From a virus: a stretch of DNA of 64,000 nucleotides. Both the position numbers and the translations under genes were made by a program. The stretch's first letter is position 1; the number at the start of each line of letters is the position of its first letter. The DNA is taken from positions 1-64,000 of IMG/VR virus record IMGVR_UViG_3300019458_000005, one strand, 5' to 3'. Below, in pieces: positions 40,310-49,892 of the stretch. The notes beneath the pieces were generated by a model that had not been told where the DNA came from, made no database searches, and was given only the letters and a program-made list of their open reading frames with translations.

Positions 40310-41317
40310 GTGCAGGCCGAACAGGAGCTCTCTGACGCCGAGTGGCTGCGGAGGATCCGGCTCAAGAATCGCCAGGAGCTCGGGCTCGAGGGCCCGCAGG
40401 GAGTCGCGACGATGGACGGCAACGTGAACGGCATCGGCGACTTCATGTACATGAACGCAGCCGCGGGGGGCGTGCCCAGCCCCGAGCAGGACCTGCTCGC
40501 GTACTACGCCGGTCGCCAGGGCGGGAACGCGGACGGCTGGCAGCCGTCCATGATCGACCCCAGGCAGGGCACCTACCACCAGATGCAGATGCCCACCCAC
40601 GCCAACTACGTCGGCCAGGAGGTCGCCGGACAGGCCGTCTCAGGCCTGGGCTACATGGGCGCGGTGGGCGTCTCGGCTGATCAGAAGGCTCAAGCCACCC
40701 TGGCGGTCGAGGGCGCGATCCGCGAGTCCGACCTGCTGTCTCAGCAGACGAACAACGTCTCGGCGGCGCGCCTGATCCTCGAGGCGCAGCGCTCGAGGCT
40801 CTCGAGCCTGAACTGGACCGACAGCTCGTGGGGCGTCGTCGGGCCGCGCTACTCCAGCCGCGCCGACCTGCTCAAGAAGCTCACCGAGGCACAAGCGCGC
40901 GTGATCGCCCGCTCGGGCGCGGTCCGTGAGGACGGCAAGGCGATCTTCGACCCTCGCTCCGTCAACCCGACCACCGGCAAGGCGCGCGTGGACAGCCAGA
41001 TCGGCGCAGCCGCTGGGTCGCTGGTCCAGTCCGGCAAGGAGACTGCGGCCGAGGTCGGTGGCCTCCTGGGAAGCCTCTCCAAGGTCACACAGTTCTTCCT
41101 GGGCTCTCCAACCAGAATCCTGGTCACGACCAGCATCGGACTCGGGGTCTACGGCCTGGTCTACACCGACCTAGGCAAGAAGATCAGCCGGAAGGTCTTC
41201 GGTAGCAAGAAGAAGAACCCTCCGGCTCGTAACCGCCACAAGAAGGCCGCGGTCCGCAAGAACCCCAGCCGCAAGCGGCGCAAGCGCTACCACGAGAACG
41301 ACTCGAGCGACGAGTAG
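40310..41317 (+). CDS. membrane-anchored protein with long Lys/Arg tail (335 aa)
   Basis: ILVTTSIGLGVYGLVYTDLG followed by KKISRKVFGSKKKNPPARNRHKKAAVRKNPSRKRRKRYHENDSSDE. Confidence 0.65.
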   Translation: MQAEQELSDAEWLRRIRLKNRQELGLEGPQGVATMDGNVNGIGDFMYMNAAAGGVPSPEQDLLAYYAGRQGGNADGWQPSMIDPRQGTYHQMQMPTHANYVGQEVAGQAVSGLGYMGAVGVSADQKAQATLAVEGAIRESDLLSQQTNNVSAARLILEAQRSRLSSLNWTDSSWGVVGPRYSSRADLLKKLTEAQARVIARSGAVREDGKAIFDPRSVNPTTGKARVDSQIGAAAGSLVQSGKETAAEVGGLLGSLSKVTQFFLGSPTRILVTTSIGLGVYGLVYTDLGKKISRKVFGSKKKNPPARNRHKKAAVRKNPSRKRRKRYHENDSSDE

Positions 41318-41362
41318 GCGGCTCGCAACCCCGCATGTTCTTCAGTAGAATGCGAGCTCGTC

Positions 41363-42277
41363 ATGCGGAATGCTTCATCGGATCATAGGGCTCGCCGCGC
41401 CAGTCGTGACTCGGATCGCGTGCAGGAGGCCCAGGAGGCCGTCCGACGCGGGGACATCCAGCGCTACATCGAGCTCCGCGCCGGCTACGACAAGCCGTTC
41501 GGGGTATGGGCGCGTTGGGCGGCCAACTTCGGCGATCCGGTGTGTCGTGCGGCGCTGCCGGTTGAGCACGAGTGGCTGGAGTGGGCTCACGAAGAGAGCT
41601 TCAACAACGTCGGAGACGGCAGGGCGCGCTGGCCTGAGCGCGGACACAGGCCCAAGCGTGGGCGCAACCCATCTTGGCCTTTGACTCTGTACCAGATCCG
41701 CAGTCGTGCTGGGACCTGGAAGAAGCCAGAAGGTTGGAGCCTGTTCGAGTCCGGCGAACACGGCCTCGAGATCGAGCGAGACGACGACGATACAGACTTC
41801 AAGTACGACGACGACGCGCAGCAGTTCGTGTTCGATCGCGCTTGCGAGGGAAGCGTCTTGCACCTCTCGGCGCTCCTGTGGGTGCGGCTCTACCACTACC
41901 TGTTCTCGGTGGACAGTATTCAGACGCTTAGGGTTCTGTATTCGGACGTAGCGACCGCTGAAACTCTGCAGAGTCTATATCCGGACGGAGGTCCAGCTGA
42001 GCACGCACGACTCGCTGAACAAGCTGAGCTCCTGAGGCCTAGTCCGGTGATTTACTACGACGAGATCTACTCATCTCGGTTCGGCAGAACGTTTCAGCCG
42101 GCACTAACGTCCTACGGTCTTATGCTCGAACACCTCAAGAACGACAAGATTGGCACCGGAGTCGCTCCAGAAGCCTACCTGGTCGAGCGTTTCTTCTGGA
42201 ACGCGGTCCTCGAGTCCGCGCCGCCCTACACAGCAGCTCAAGCCGGCGCGCTGCGCCGCGAGAACGGATGGTGGTAA
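41363..42277 (+). CDS. hypothetical protein, member of the RN(A/P)..D.R.RRA.R-leader family
   Basis: Starts MRNASSDHRARRASRDSDRVQEAQEAVRRGDIQRYIELRAG. Confidence 0.65.
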   Translation: MRNASSDHRARRASRDSDRVQEAQEAVRRGDIQRYIELRAGYDKPFGVWARWAANFGDPVCRAALPVEHEWLEWAHEESFNNVGDGRARWPERGHRPKRGRNPSWPLTLYQIRSRAGTWKKPEGWSLFESGEHGLEIERDDDDTDFKYDDDAQQFVFDRACEGSVLHLSALLWVRLYHYLFSVDSIQTLRVLYSDVATAETLQSLYPDGGPAEHARLAEQAELLRPSPVIYYDEIYSSRFGRTFQPALTSYGLMLEHLKNDKIGTGVAPEAYLVERFFWNAVLESAPPYTAAQAGALRRENGWW

Positions 42278-44326
42278 GTGAAGTCTCGCGTGCAGGTCTC
42301 GCAGCTCACGGGTCGTTCGCACTTAGACCACTGGGCGGTGTGCCAGGTGCCGATCATCAAGGGTGGCTACATGCCGAACCCGCCCCGCCAGCTGCCGGTC
42401 GCTCCCGGGGGGCTCGTGCCTCTCGAACAGGTGCCTCTCGCGCCCAAGACGAAGTTCCGGCGCCCTCCCTGGAATGGCTGCGTGATCTACGAGGGGCCCA
42501 GCCTGATCACCGGCAAGCCGATCGTGGCTATCGCGATCGGCTTCCAGGACGGGAGCGAGAACCGGAAGACCGGACCCATGATCCAAACGTTCATCCTCTG
42601 CGCTGATATGCCTCCACAGGAGGCGATCGACACCGGCGCAGACGACGCGATCTGCGGGGAGTGCCCGGCTCGCGGGGTCGGAATCGCGCCTCTCGAGCGA
42701 CCGCGTCCGCGCGCCTACCGGAAGCGCGGCTCGGGCTGGGAGCACGGAGAGGGCGTCGGTCAGGCCTGGCAAGCGCCTGAGGGGCGGTTCTGCTACGTGG
42801 TCGTGGCGCAGTCGCCCACGAACGTGTGGTGGAAGTACTGGAACGGCGGCTACCCGCGCGTGAGCCTCCAGGAGCTCGCCTACTACACCTGGGGACGTAA
42901 CGTGCGCTTCGGGACCTACGGAGACCCGGCCGCCGTACCCACCGAGGTGTGGGCGACGATGGCCGAGTCCGCCAACTACGTGCTCGCCTACACCCATCAG
43001 TGGCGGCTGCCCAGCGCGCAGCCGCTGCGGCAGTGGGCCATGGCCTCCACCAACAGCGAGGAGGATCTGCGCGAGGCCACCGCCATGGGCTGGCGCTCGT
43101 TCCGGATGCTCAAGGCCGGCGAGCAGCTGGTTCCTGGGATCGAGATCACCTGCCCGGCCAGCGACGAGCACGAGGAGAAGAAGGGCAAGAAGGCGAAGTG
43201 CATCGAGTGCCGCAGCTGTCAGGGTCTCGCTTCGAAGTCGCGCCGAAGCGTCGCGATTCGCGAGCACGGCTACCTGGTCGATCCAGGAGGCCGGAAGAAG
43301 CGCACACGGAGGGAGAAGGAGAACCCCGACGAGGACCTGCGCGCGCTCGAGCGCCGCGTTCAGCTCGGTGATCAGGAGGCCTTGGCGCGCCTCCAGGCTG
43401 CGCAGCTCCGCAGCGGCGTTCGGCAGCCCCAGCGCAAGTATCTGATAGACCTGGCTGGCGAAGTCCTGGGTGAGATCGGCGGCGCGGGGCTGGCCTCGCG
43501 CTCGGACTACCTGGACCGGAAGATCCACGCGGCCGCCATCAAGGCCGTGCTCAAGCAGATCGGAGTCAAGGCGAGCGTGACCACGCCCAATTACGCCTGG
43601 GCGAGCTCGGTAGAGATCAAGTCGGCGCGCAAGGTTCCTGGTTGGCTCGGAGAACCGACCCACGACCACCTGAACTTCGACGAGTCGCGCACGATCTGGG
43701 ACGCCTTCGGACTCGAGTCGTGGGAAGAGCCCAAGGAAGAGCGACGCGCGAATTGGCGCGGAATGCAGAACTTCTCGCTCTACCCCAACGCGCGCGAGGA
43801 CCGCTCGGACCCGCGCACAGACTACTTCAGTCCCGGCGGTCCGCGTCTCCGAGAGGACCTGTGGGATGTCTACAAGGCCGCTTTGCGAAAGGAGCTGGCC
43901 AAGCCGCCCCGAGCCAAGAAGCCCAAGAAGCAGAACCCGTGGGTCAGCGGCTCGGACGGGATCCCGGAGAACGTTCGGGCTCACGTCGAGCTCACCGACG
44001 CGGACGGGATCCCCTACTGGCGCTACGCGATCGGAGAGGGTCAGCTGGCGGAGCTCGACGACGAGGACCCGCTCATGCAGAACTACGAGGAGATCGAGGG
44101 CGTGCTCCGCTCCCACCTCGAGGCCGCCGTGGCGTTCGGAGCTTCTCACCCGCACGACGGGAGCGTGCCTCACCCACGAACCGGAGACATGGCTCACTTC
44201 GCGATCGGCAACAGGCGCTGGGCCACGATGGTCACGATGTACGAGCCGGGAGTGATCAAGCTGGGCACGTTCCCAGAACGAGGGAACCCGCGCCGCCCGA
44301 GCCGCAGGAAGCGCGGCCGTCGGTGA
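42278..44326 (+). CDS. mosaic protein: N-terminal Cys-rich conserved phage domain plus internal leader-type module plus C-terminal domain
   Basis: ICGECPARG..CYVVV..FGTYGDPAAVP..YTHQW..MAS..CPAS..CIECRSCQG block. Internal ENPDEDLRALERRVQLGDQEALARLQAAQLRSG at 43319-43417. Ends RGNPRRPSRRKRGRR. Confidence 0.7.
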   Translation: MKSRVQVSQLTGRSHLDHWAVCQVPIIKGGYMPNPPRQLPVAPGGLVPLEQVPLAPKTKFRRPPWNGCVIYEGPSLITGKPIVAIAIGFQDGSENRKTGPMIQTFILCADMPPQEAIDTGADDAICGECPARGVGIAPLERPRPRAYRKRGSGWEHGEGVGQAWQAPEGRFCYVVVAQSPTNVWWKYWNGGYPRVSLQELAYYTWGRNVRFGTYGDPAAVPTEVWATMAESANYVLAYTHQWRLPSAQPLRQWAMASTNSEEDLREATAMGWRSFRMLKAGEQLVPGIEITCPASDEHEEKKGKKAKCIECRSCQGLASKSRRSVAIREHGYLVDPGGRKKRTRREKENPDEDLRALERRVQLGDQEALARLQAAQLRSGVRQPQRKYLIDLAGEVLGEIGGAGLASRSDYLDRKIHAAAIKAVLKQIGVKASVTTPNYAWASSVEIKSARKVPGWLGEPTHDHLNFDESRTIWDAFGLESWEEPKEERRANWRGMQNFSLYPNAREDRSDPRTDYFSPGGPRLREDLWDVYKAALRKELAKPPRAKKPKKQNPWVSGSDGIPENVRAHVELTDADGIPYWRYAIGEGQLAELDDEDPLMQNYEEIEGVLRSHLEAAVAFGASHPHDGSVPHPRTGDMAHFAIGNRRWATMVTMYEPGVIKLGTFPERGNPRRPSRRKRGRR

Positions 44327-45927
44327 AGCTAAGGAACGCAGACGCACGCGGTCGGCGCGCGGAGCGAGACGGAGATCGCGAACGCGCCTGGCGTGAGGCC
44401 GTGCGCGCTGGGCATGTGTTGACGCCGATCAGATCAGGCAGCTTCGCTGGAGGCCTCGAGGCGAGGTTCTTTGGCCTGATGTTCCGCGACGGCGGGCCCG
44501 GTCCAGGCATTGCCGTTGACTACTTCGAGGAGTATGCGCTGATCCAGATCCTCTTCTGGCAGAGGCACGGAGAGGTAGCTCAGCCCGACGGCTGGACGAT
44601 CGGCGAAAGCTCGCGAGACACAGGTCCGGATGCGGGCTGGACCGTCTGGGTCCGCAGGAACCATCGCCCGGACGTGGTGCCATGGTGGGCGGACCGAGAG
44701 ATCCAGATGGCCGTCCGCGAAGCCATGCAGCGCCGTCTGGTGCAGGACGATTCGGCGCAGGAGAACCCAGTGAGGCGGAACGGACCCGACGAACGAGCAC
44801 GGCGCGCAGAGCGTTCGGTGTCCGGCTCACTCTCGCTCGAGGAGCGCCAAGCCGCAGAGGCTCAGATCCTCCGGGCTCACGGCATGGAGTGGCGGGGTCG
44901 CGTGCCCAGCCCCAAGTTCGTGTGGCGTGGGGGAGCTCGCGGGGTTCTCTATCAGCCAGGCGAGGGCGACGACGGGCACTGGACGTGGCACAGCTGCTTC
45001 GACCCGCTCACCACCCTGGACAACGACTACCAGGCCGTACTGGTCTCCAGGCAGATCGAGCGCTGGCTGTTGAATCGCCTGATCCTGGGCGACTTCGACG
45101 AGGACGATGCACTCGCCCTCTGGCACAAGTGGGCCGTGAACAGTAAGGACCTCCTGGGGTTCACAGGGACCTACGGCTCTCGCAAGCAGGTCCTAGAGGC
45201 CGCCGAACTCCAACAGAACGCACGCTTCCTGGACATGTCCCGAGGCGGCTGGACCGAAGTGGAGGTCGGCCTCATGCTGCAGCGACCGCTCGAGAAGCCA
45301 GACGGGCGTCCGTATACGAACCCTCCCAGCGGAGACCAGCGTATGCGCGCTCTCGAGCGCCGCGCCCAGCTCGGTGACCAGGAGGCGCAGGCACAACTCC
45401 ACGCCGCTCAGAAGCGCAGCGCTACCGTGCCCACGGTTCGTGCTCCGGTGAGCTACGAGAACCTCATGCAGTTGGGCATGGGGCCGTGGCATCACAGCAC
45501 GCCATGGCTCGGTCCGTGGCCCAAGGAGACCGCTCACGTCGTCATGTGGGCCGCTCAGCAGGCCCAGTCTGGTCACGCGGCCGTCGCCAACGAAGACAAC
45601 AGCGGCCGCCTGGTACAGAACCTCGGTTACCTGATGAAGAACAACCGCAGCGTCACGGCCATGGAGTTCGTGCGCGGAGACCCATCTCAGGACAATCTCC
45701 TGTTCGTCTACCTGGACCGCGACTGCCGCAGCCAGGGAATCTACGTGACCCGCTACGCGAGCGAGGCCTTGTTCCGGCGCTGGGTCTCGCGGCGGATTTT
45801 CTCGGGCGTGCTGGTCTCGTTCCGCGACCCGGACTGGGTCGTCACCGAGCACGGCCGCGTCGAGAAGAACGGCACGCGCTGGTGGCCGGCTGACACCGAA
45901 TGGACCCACCGCGGGGAGCTCCGATGA
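44323..45927 (+). CDS. mosaic hypothetical protein (534 aa) with three leader-type modules
   Basis: GTGA-coupled start, VKLRNADARGRRAERDGDRE.. Internal copies at 44761-44817 (ENPVRRNGPDERARRAERS) and 45319-45420 (NPPSGDQRMRALERRAQLGDQEAQAQLHAAQKRS). Confidence 0.7.
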   Translation: MKLRNADARGRRAERDGDRERAWREAVRAGHVLTPIRSGSFAGGLEARFFGLMFRDGGPGPGIAVDYFEEYALIQILFWQRHGEVAQPDGWTIGESSRDTGPDAGWTVWVRRNHRPDVVPWWADREIQMAVREAMQRRLVQDDSAQENPVRRNGPDERARRAERSVSGSLSLEERQAAEAQILRAHGMEWRGRVPSPKFVWRGGARGVLYQPGEGDDGHWTWHSCFDPLTTLDNDYQAVLVSRQIERWLLNRLILGDFDEDDALALWHKWAVNSKDLLGFTGTYGSRKQVLEAAELQQNARFLDMSRGGWTEVEVGLMLQRPLEKPDGRPYTNPPSGDQRMRALERRAQLGDQEAQAQLHAAQKRSATVPTVRAPVSYENLMQLGMGPWHHSTPWLGPWPKETAHVVMWAAQQAQSGHAAVANEDNSGRLVQNLGYLMKNNRSVTAMEFVRGDPSQDNLLFVYLDRDCRSQGIYVTRYASEALFRRWVSRRIFSGVLVSFRDPDWVVTEHGRVEKNGTRWWPADTEWTHRGELR

Positions 45928-46163
45928 GACGACCGATCGCGCCTAACAGCCCGCTCTCGCGGCTCAAGATCGCCGGCTACGTGGTCTCGGCGGTGCCGTT
46001 CCGCTGCGGGACCTGCCAGTACGCCGGGCCGGCCGTGCCAGGCCTCCTGACTCTTGACGACCGGCCCATGCACCACTGCAAAAAGCTCGACGCAGGCGTC
46101 GACCCGGACAAGGGCTGCTGCGACCTGTGGAGCAATCCGAACGAGGAGCTAGCTCGCGCATGA
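45924..46163 (+). CDS. Cys-rich hypothetical protein (79 aa)
   Basis: ATG 45924 forms an ATGA overlap. CGTC..HHC..CC motif. Confidence 0.5.
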   Translation: MRRPIAPNSPLSRLKIAGYVVSAVPFRCGTCQYAGPAVPGLLTLDDRPMHHCKKLDAGVDPDKGCCDLWSNPNEELARA

Positions 46164-48127
46164 GCACCGACGAGCGCATGAGGCGCGCAGAACGCGACCG
46201 AGACCGTCACCGCTCCGAGCTCGAGGCGCGCCGTCGGGGAGTCGTGCCCAACTTCCGGCTGTTCTTGAAGTCGCTGGGGGGCCTGCGCGACTACGGTCCC
46301 AACTTCGCGCGCATGGAGTTCAGCGACGGTTGGTCGCTCTCCATCCAGCCGTCTCGGATCTACCTGAACTCGTGGGAGCTGATGTGGATCCCGCCGCCAT
46401 TCGCTTCATCGCTCAGACCTTCCCAGTGGAAGTCTCCTCCTACGCGCAAGCGTCCCGAGGGAGACGACGAGATCACGCCCAGCACTGCGCTCTCTGATCA
46501 GGAAGTTCAGGAGATCTTCGAGATGGTCGTGCAGAGACACGGTCTGCCGATCTACCCGCTCGAGCAGCGCCAGAACCCGCCCTACTCCCCGGAGGAACTC
46601 GAGCGCCGCCGGCAGGAGTTGCTCGACGACGGCCACAGCACAGGGCTCGCGGACATGCTGCTGCGTCGCGAGGTACGGCCGGTCGCGCGTACGGACCTGC
46701 GCGGACACCAGCGCTCTGGTCAACCCTACCGCGGCCAGGGACGCGGTCAGGCCGAGCCGCAGCGCCAGCATGAGGGCTGGATCACGAACCCGTCAGACGA
46801 GCGCATGCGGCGCGCCCAAAGAGACGGAGACCGTCTCCGTTTTTCCCGCGAGTCGAAACGGGCTGGAGATCCGATGCCGATGGAGCGCCTGCACTGCCCG
46901 TGGTGCGGCGGAAGCCCTCCGCCGCCAGAGCTCTTGCAGCGCGGAAGGCTCGGCCAGCGCTACCGTCGCCACCTATCTCGTCACGGAGATCCAGACGTGA
47001 AGCCGAACCCCGACGAGCGCATGCGCGAGCTCGAACGCCGAGCCCGACTGGGTGATGCCGAAGCGCTCTCTCAGCTCCAGGCGCTTTCGCGTCGCACGCA
47101 GGACTGGAAGGCTCCCAAGACCGTGCGGCCATACATTGGTCATCGTCCTGGTGGACCAGTCTTCGAGGGCGAGATCGTGTGGGGCGACGAGATCAAGGTC
47201 CTGAAGACGCTCGGGCCAGGCCTCGTGCTCACGCGCTCGCTGGAGGGCGATTTCGAGTCTGAGCGCCTGAAGATCCAGAACCGCGAGCGCCGTTTAAGGC
47301 TGGGTAAATTCACGATCATGGCTCCTGCGTCCGGAATGGCGCTCGTAAGCTGCGTTTCGCGCCCGTTCGCGGAGATGTTCGCCCCGCAGGTCGCTACGGC
47401 CTGCAGCTGGCTGAACGAGAACGTAACCGAGATCCTGGCCGACAAGCCGTGCGTCGATCGCATCTACGAGCTGTTCGCGCAGTACGGGATCCGGGTCGGC
47501 CTTCGCAGTAACCCCGACGCCGGTGACGCCGACTGGGATCCGACCGAGTGGCTTACCGGGCGCATGAAGAAGGCGCGCAAGGAGCGCCTCTCGAGAGACA
47601 CCGCCTGGTGGGACACGCCCGAGCGTCGCGCAGCTCATGCTCGCGAGGAACAGGAGCACCGCATCAGGTCCGCCCAGCAGCACGCCGCCTGGGAACAGAT
47701 GCCGCCGATCCGGGTGTGCCTGGTCCAGTGTTCTGACTCGAAGTTGCCGCACCCAGCTCCGGCGCGAGACCTCTACATGGCCAGCCAGCTGTTCCAGCAG
47801 GCGCGCGGCTTCGCGGAGCGTCGCTGTCAGGACTGGGTAGTGCTCTCCGCCCTACACGGGATGGTCACGCCGGACCAGGTGATCGCGCCCTACAACCTCG
47901 AGCTCAAGAAGCTCTCCAAGGAGGAACGCGCTCGCTGGGGCCACCGGGTCAGCTATGCGCTCCGGCAGCGCTTCGGCCCGCGCGCGACATACGTCGGTCT
48001 GGCCAGCGCGCTCTACCTCGAGCAGCTCGACCCCGACATCCAAGCCGTGCTCGAGAAGCCGCTCACAGGCATGGGAATCGGCACGCACAAAGGCTGGCTA
48101 AAGCGGAACCCGCGGAGGAACTCGTGA
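46160..48127 (+). CDS. mosaic protein (655 aa) with three leader-type modules and a C-terminal DUF6884-like domain
   Basis: MSTDERMRRAERDRDR at the start. Internal NPSDERMRRAQRDGDR (46787-46834) and NPDERMRELERRARLGDAEALSQLQALSRR (47006-47095). The C-terminal CSDSK..ARDLY..VLSALHGMV..APYN..GMGIG pattern is recalled as DUF6884-like. Ends KRNPRRNS. Confidence 0.7.
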   Translation: MSTDERMRRAERDRDRHRSELEARRRGVVPNFRLFLKSLGGLRDYGPNFARMEFSDGWSLSIQPSRIYLNSWELMWIPPPFASSLRPSQWKSPPTRKRPEGDDEITPSTALSDQEVQEIFEMVVQRHGLPIYPLEQRQNPPYSPEELERRRQELLDDGHSTGLADMLLRREVRPVARTDLRGHQRSGQPYRGQGRGQAEPQRQHEGWITNPSDERMRRAQRDGDRLRFSRESKRAGDPMPMERLHCPWCGGSPPPPELLQRGRLGQRYRRHLSRHGDPDVKPNPDERMRELERRARLGDAEALSQLQALSRRTQDWKAPKTVRPYIGHRPGGPVFEGEIVWGDEIKVLKTLGPGLVLTRSLEGDFESERLKIQNRERRLRLGKFTIMAPASGMALVSCVSRPFAEMFAPQVATACSWLNENVTEILADKPCVDRIYELFAQYGIRVGLRSNPDAGDADWDPTEWLTGRMKKARKERLSRDTAWWDTPERRAAHAREEQEHRIRSAQQHAAWEQMPPIRVCLVQCSDSKLPHPAPARDLYMASQLFQQARGFAERRCQDWVVLSALHGMVTPDQVIAPYNLELKKLSKEERARWGHRVSYALRQRFGPRATYVGLASALYLEQLDPDIQAVLEKPLTGMGIGTHKGWLKRNPRRNS

Positions 48128-48918
48128 TCCGCACCCGGCGGAACGCTGACGACCGAGCGCGTCGTGCCCAGCGCGATCTCGCGCTCGATCCGCACAGCGT
48201 CGAGGCGCGCGTCCGCTCGCTCCAGGAGCTCCTTCGGCAGGGCCTCGTGTCAGCCACGATCCTGAGGAAGTGCGCCAAGATCGACTGGGCGCCGGCCGTG
48301 GCTCTGTTCCCCAAGGAGGCGCACAAGGGCAGCAACCTGCGTCAGAGCCCGCGCTGGATCCTCGATCACCCCTGGTGGAGGAACGCCAACCAGAAGGTCC
48401 AGGTGTGGTGGGCGGCCGCGCAGGTAGCCCTGCCGTGGATCACGTCGGAGTGGGTCAAGAACGACCTGACGTTGGGCTACCAGCAGGAGTTGGGCTCCAG
48501 CCTCTCATCGCAGGACGTCTACGACATGCTCGTGGCCGGCCTGCAGGCCTCGGCGATGTACGCCGAGAGGCAGCTCACGCGGAGCAAAATCATCCCTCTG
48601 GCTGACCAGATCGGAGCTTGGCAGGAGATGACCCAAGTCTGGGAAGTTGGAGACGCGCTAGCGAACGCGATTGACATCGTGGACATGATCATCTTCTCGG
48701 CGGTTTACGGACCACAGACAGGCAGTCTCGACAGCTTTCGCGAAGTGACATTCATCGACCGCGCGGTGTGGCGCCTGTTCGACTGGCACTGGGCCGACGA
48801 GCGCTTCGAGCTTCGTGAGCGCGTCGAGCGAGTCAACGGCCTGCGCGACCAGCTGTGTGAGGCGATGGTTCGGTTCGACGTCGAATCGAGACAGAAGAAG
48901 TTGAGCGGTGGTCGGTGA
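48124..48918 (+). CDS. hypothetical protein, leader-family member
   Basis: GTGA-coupled start. IRTRRNADDRARRAQRDLALDPHSVEARVRSLQELLRQG. Confidence 0.65.
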   Translation: MIRTRRNADDRARRAQRDLALDPHSVEARVRSLQELLRQGLVSATILRKCAKIDWAPAVALFPKEAHKGSNLRQSPRWILDHPWWRNANQKVQVWWAAAQVALPWITSEWVKNDLTLGYQQELGSSLSSQDVYDMLVAGLQASAMYAERQLTRSKIIPLADQIGAWQEMTQVWEVGDALANAIDIVDMIIFSAVYGPQTGSLDSFREVTFIDRAVWRLFDWHWADERFELRERVERVNGLRDQLCEAMVRFDVESRQKKLSGGR

Positions 48919-49892
48919 GAAAGCTGAGTCACAGGAACCCGCGCTCGAGTGATCAGCGCTACCGAGAGCTGCTTCGCGCTGGAGCTTCAGGAGACGTGGA
49001 GGCCGCCCTCCAGGCGATCGTCGAAGCGGTGCGGCACGGCATGTATCTGTCGCCGACAACCGAACGCGACTGGCACAGCGTGGCCCAGCAGAACGGATTC
49101 AGGGTCGCGCAGTTGCGCTTGCTGGCCTGGGCCGGCTGGAAGCCGGCGCTAGGGCTCTTGAAGTCTCTGCCTACTGACATGGACTTCATGGTGATGGGAC
49201 GCACGGGACGACAACGAGAACGGCCGCCAGCAAGTAAGCGTATAGACGACCCACAACCACCGTATCCCTACTACACCCACAAAAAGGACGACCCAGACGC
49301 CGTCAAGGCCTACGAGGACTGGGGTCGCCGTCACGCGTTCGCGTGGCGCGACAAGATTCCGCTCGACGCCTTCAAGAAGATCGGGCCCAAGATCGCCGAG
49401 GAGGTCGGCGCGCGGGTAATGCGCGCGGTTGCTTGGGCTGTGCTCGGGCTCACGCGAGACACGATGAAGAGTCTCTATGGCTTCGATCCTGTTGAGATCG
49501 TGCGCGTGCCATACAAGGACAATCCGGAAGGATCCGAGGCGCTGCGGCGCGCGTCTTATCCACCAGAGCACAACTGGACTACTTCGAGCACGTATGCCAA
49601 CGACATGGCCCGGATGGCTCGCGGTTGGCATGAGGCATACTTCTGGCAGGTGATCCCACACCAAGAACACCGTCAGTGCCACGAAGCCGCAAACATCCTC
49701 GAGTGGGTCCTGGACGGCCTGGCAGCTGAACAGATGCATCTACTTGGGATCAAGTCTGCGCGCCCGCCGATCACGGTCGTGCGACCAATCGCCAAGCAGA
49801 TCAAGGACGTGGCAAGCAAGGCTGCCGCGATCGCGATCGCACAAGAACTGGCAGGCGTTCCTGACGAGCTCGAACAGTACCGCAGCCGATGA
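48915..49892 (+). CDS. hypothetical protein, leader-family member
   Basis: GTGA-coupled start. RKLSHRNPRSSDQRYRELLRAGASGDVEAALQAIVEAVRHG. Confidence 0.65.
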   Translation: MRKLSHRNPRSSDQRYRELLRAGASGDVEAALQAIVEAVRHGMYLSPTTERDWHSVAQQNGFRVAQLRLLAWAGWKPALGLLKSLPTDMDFMVMGRTGRQRERPPASKRIDDPQPPYPYYTHKKDDPDAVKAYEDWGRRHAFAWRDKIPLDAFKKIGPKIAEEVGARVMRAVAWAVLGLTRDTMKSLYGFDPVEIVRVPYKDNPEGSEALRRASYPPEHNWTTSSTYANDMARMARGWHEAYFWQVIPHQEHRQCHEAANILEWVLDGLAAEQMHLLGIKSARPPITVVRPIAKQIKDVASKAAAIAIAQELAGVPDELEQYRSR

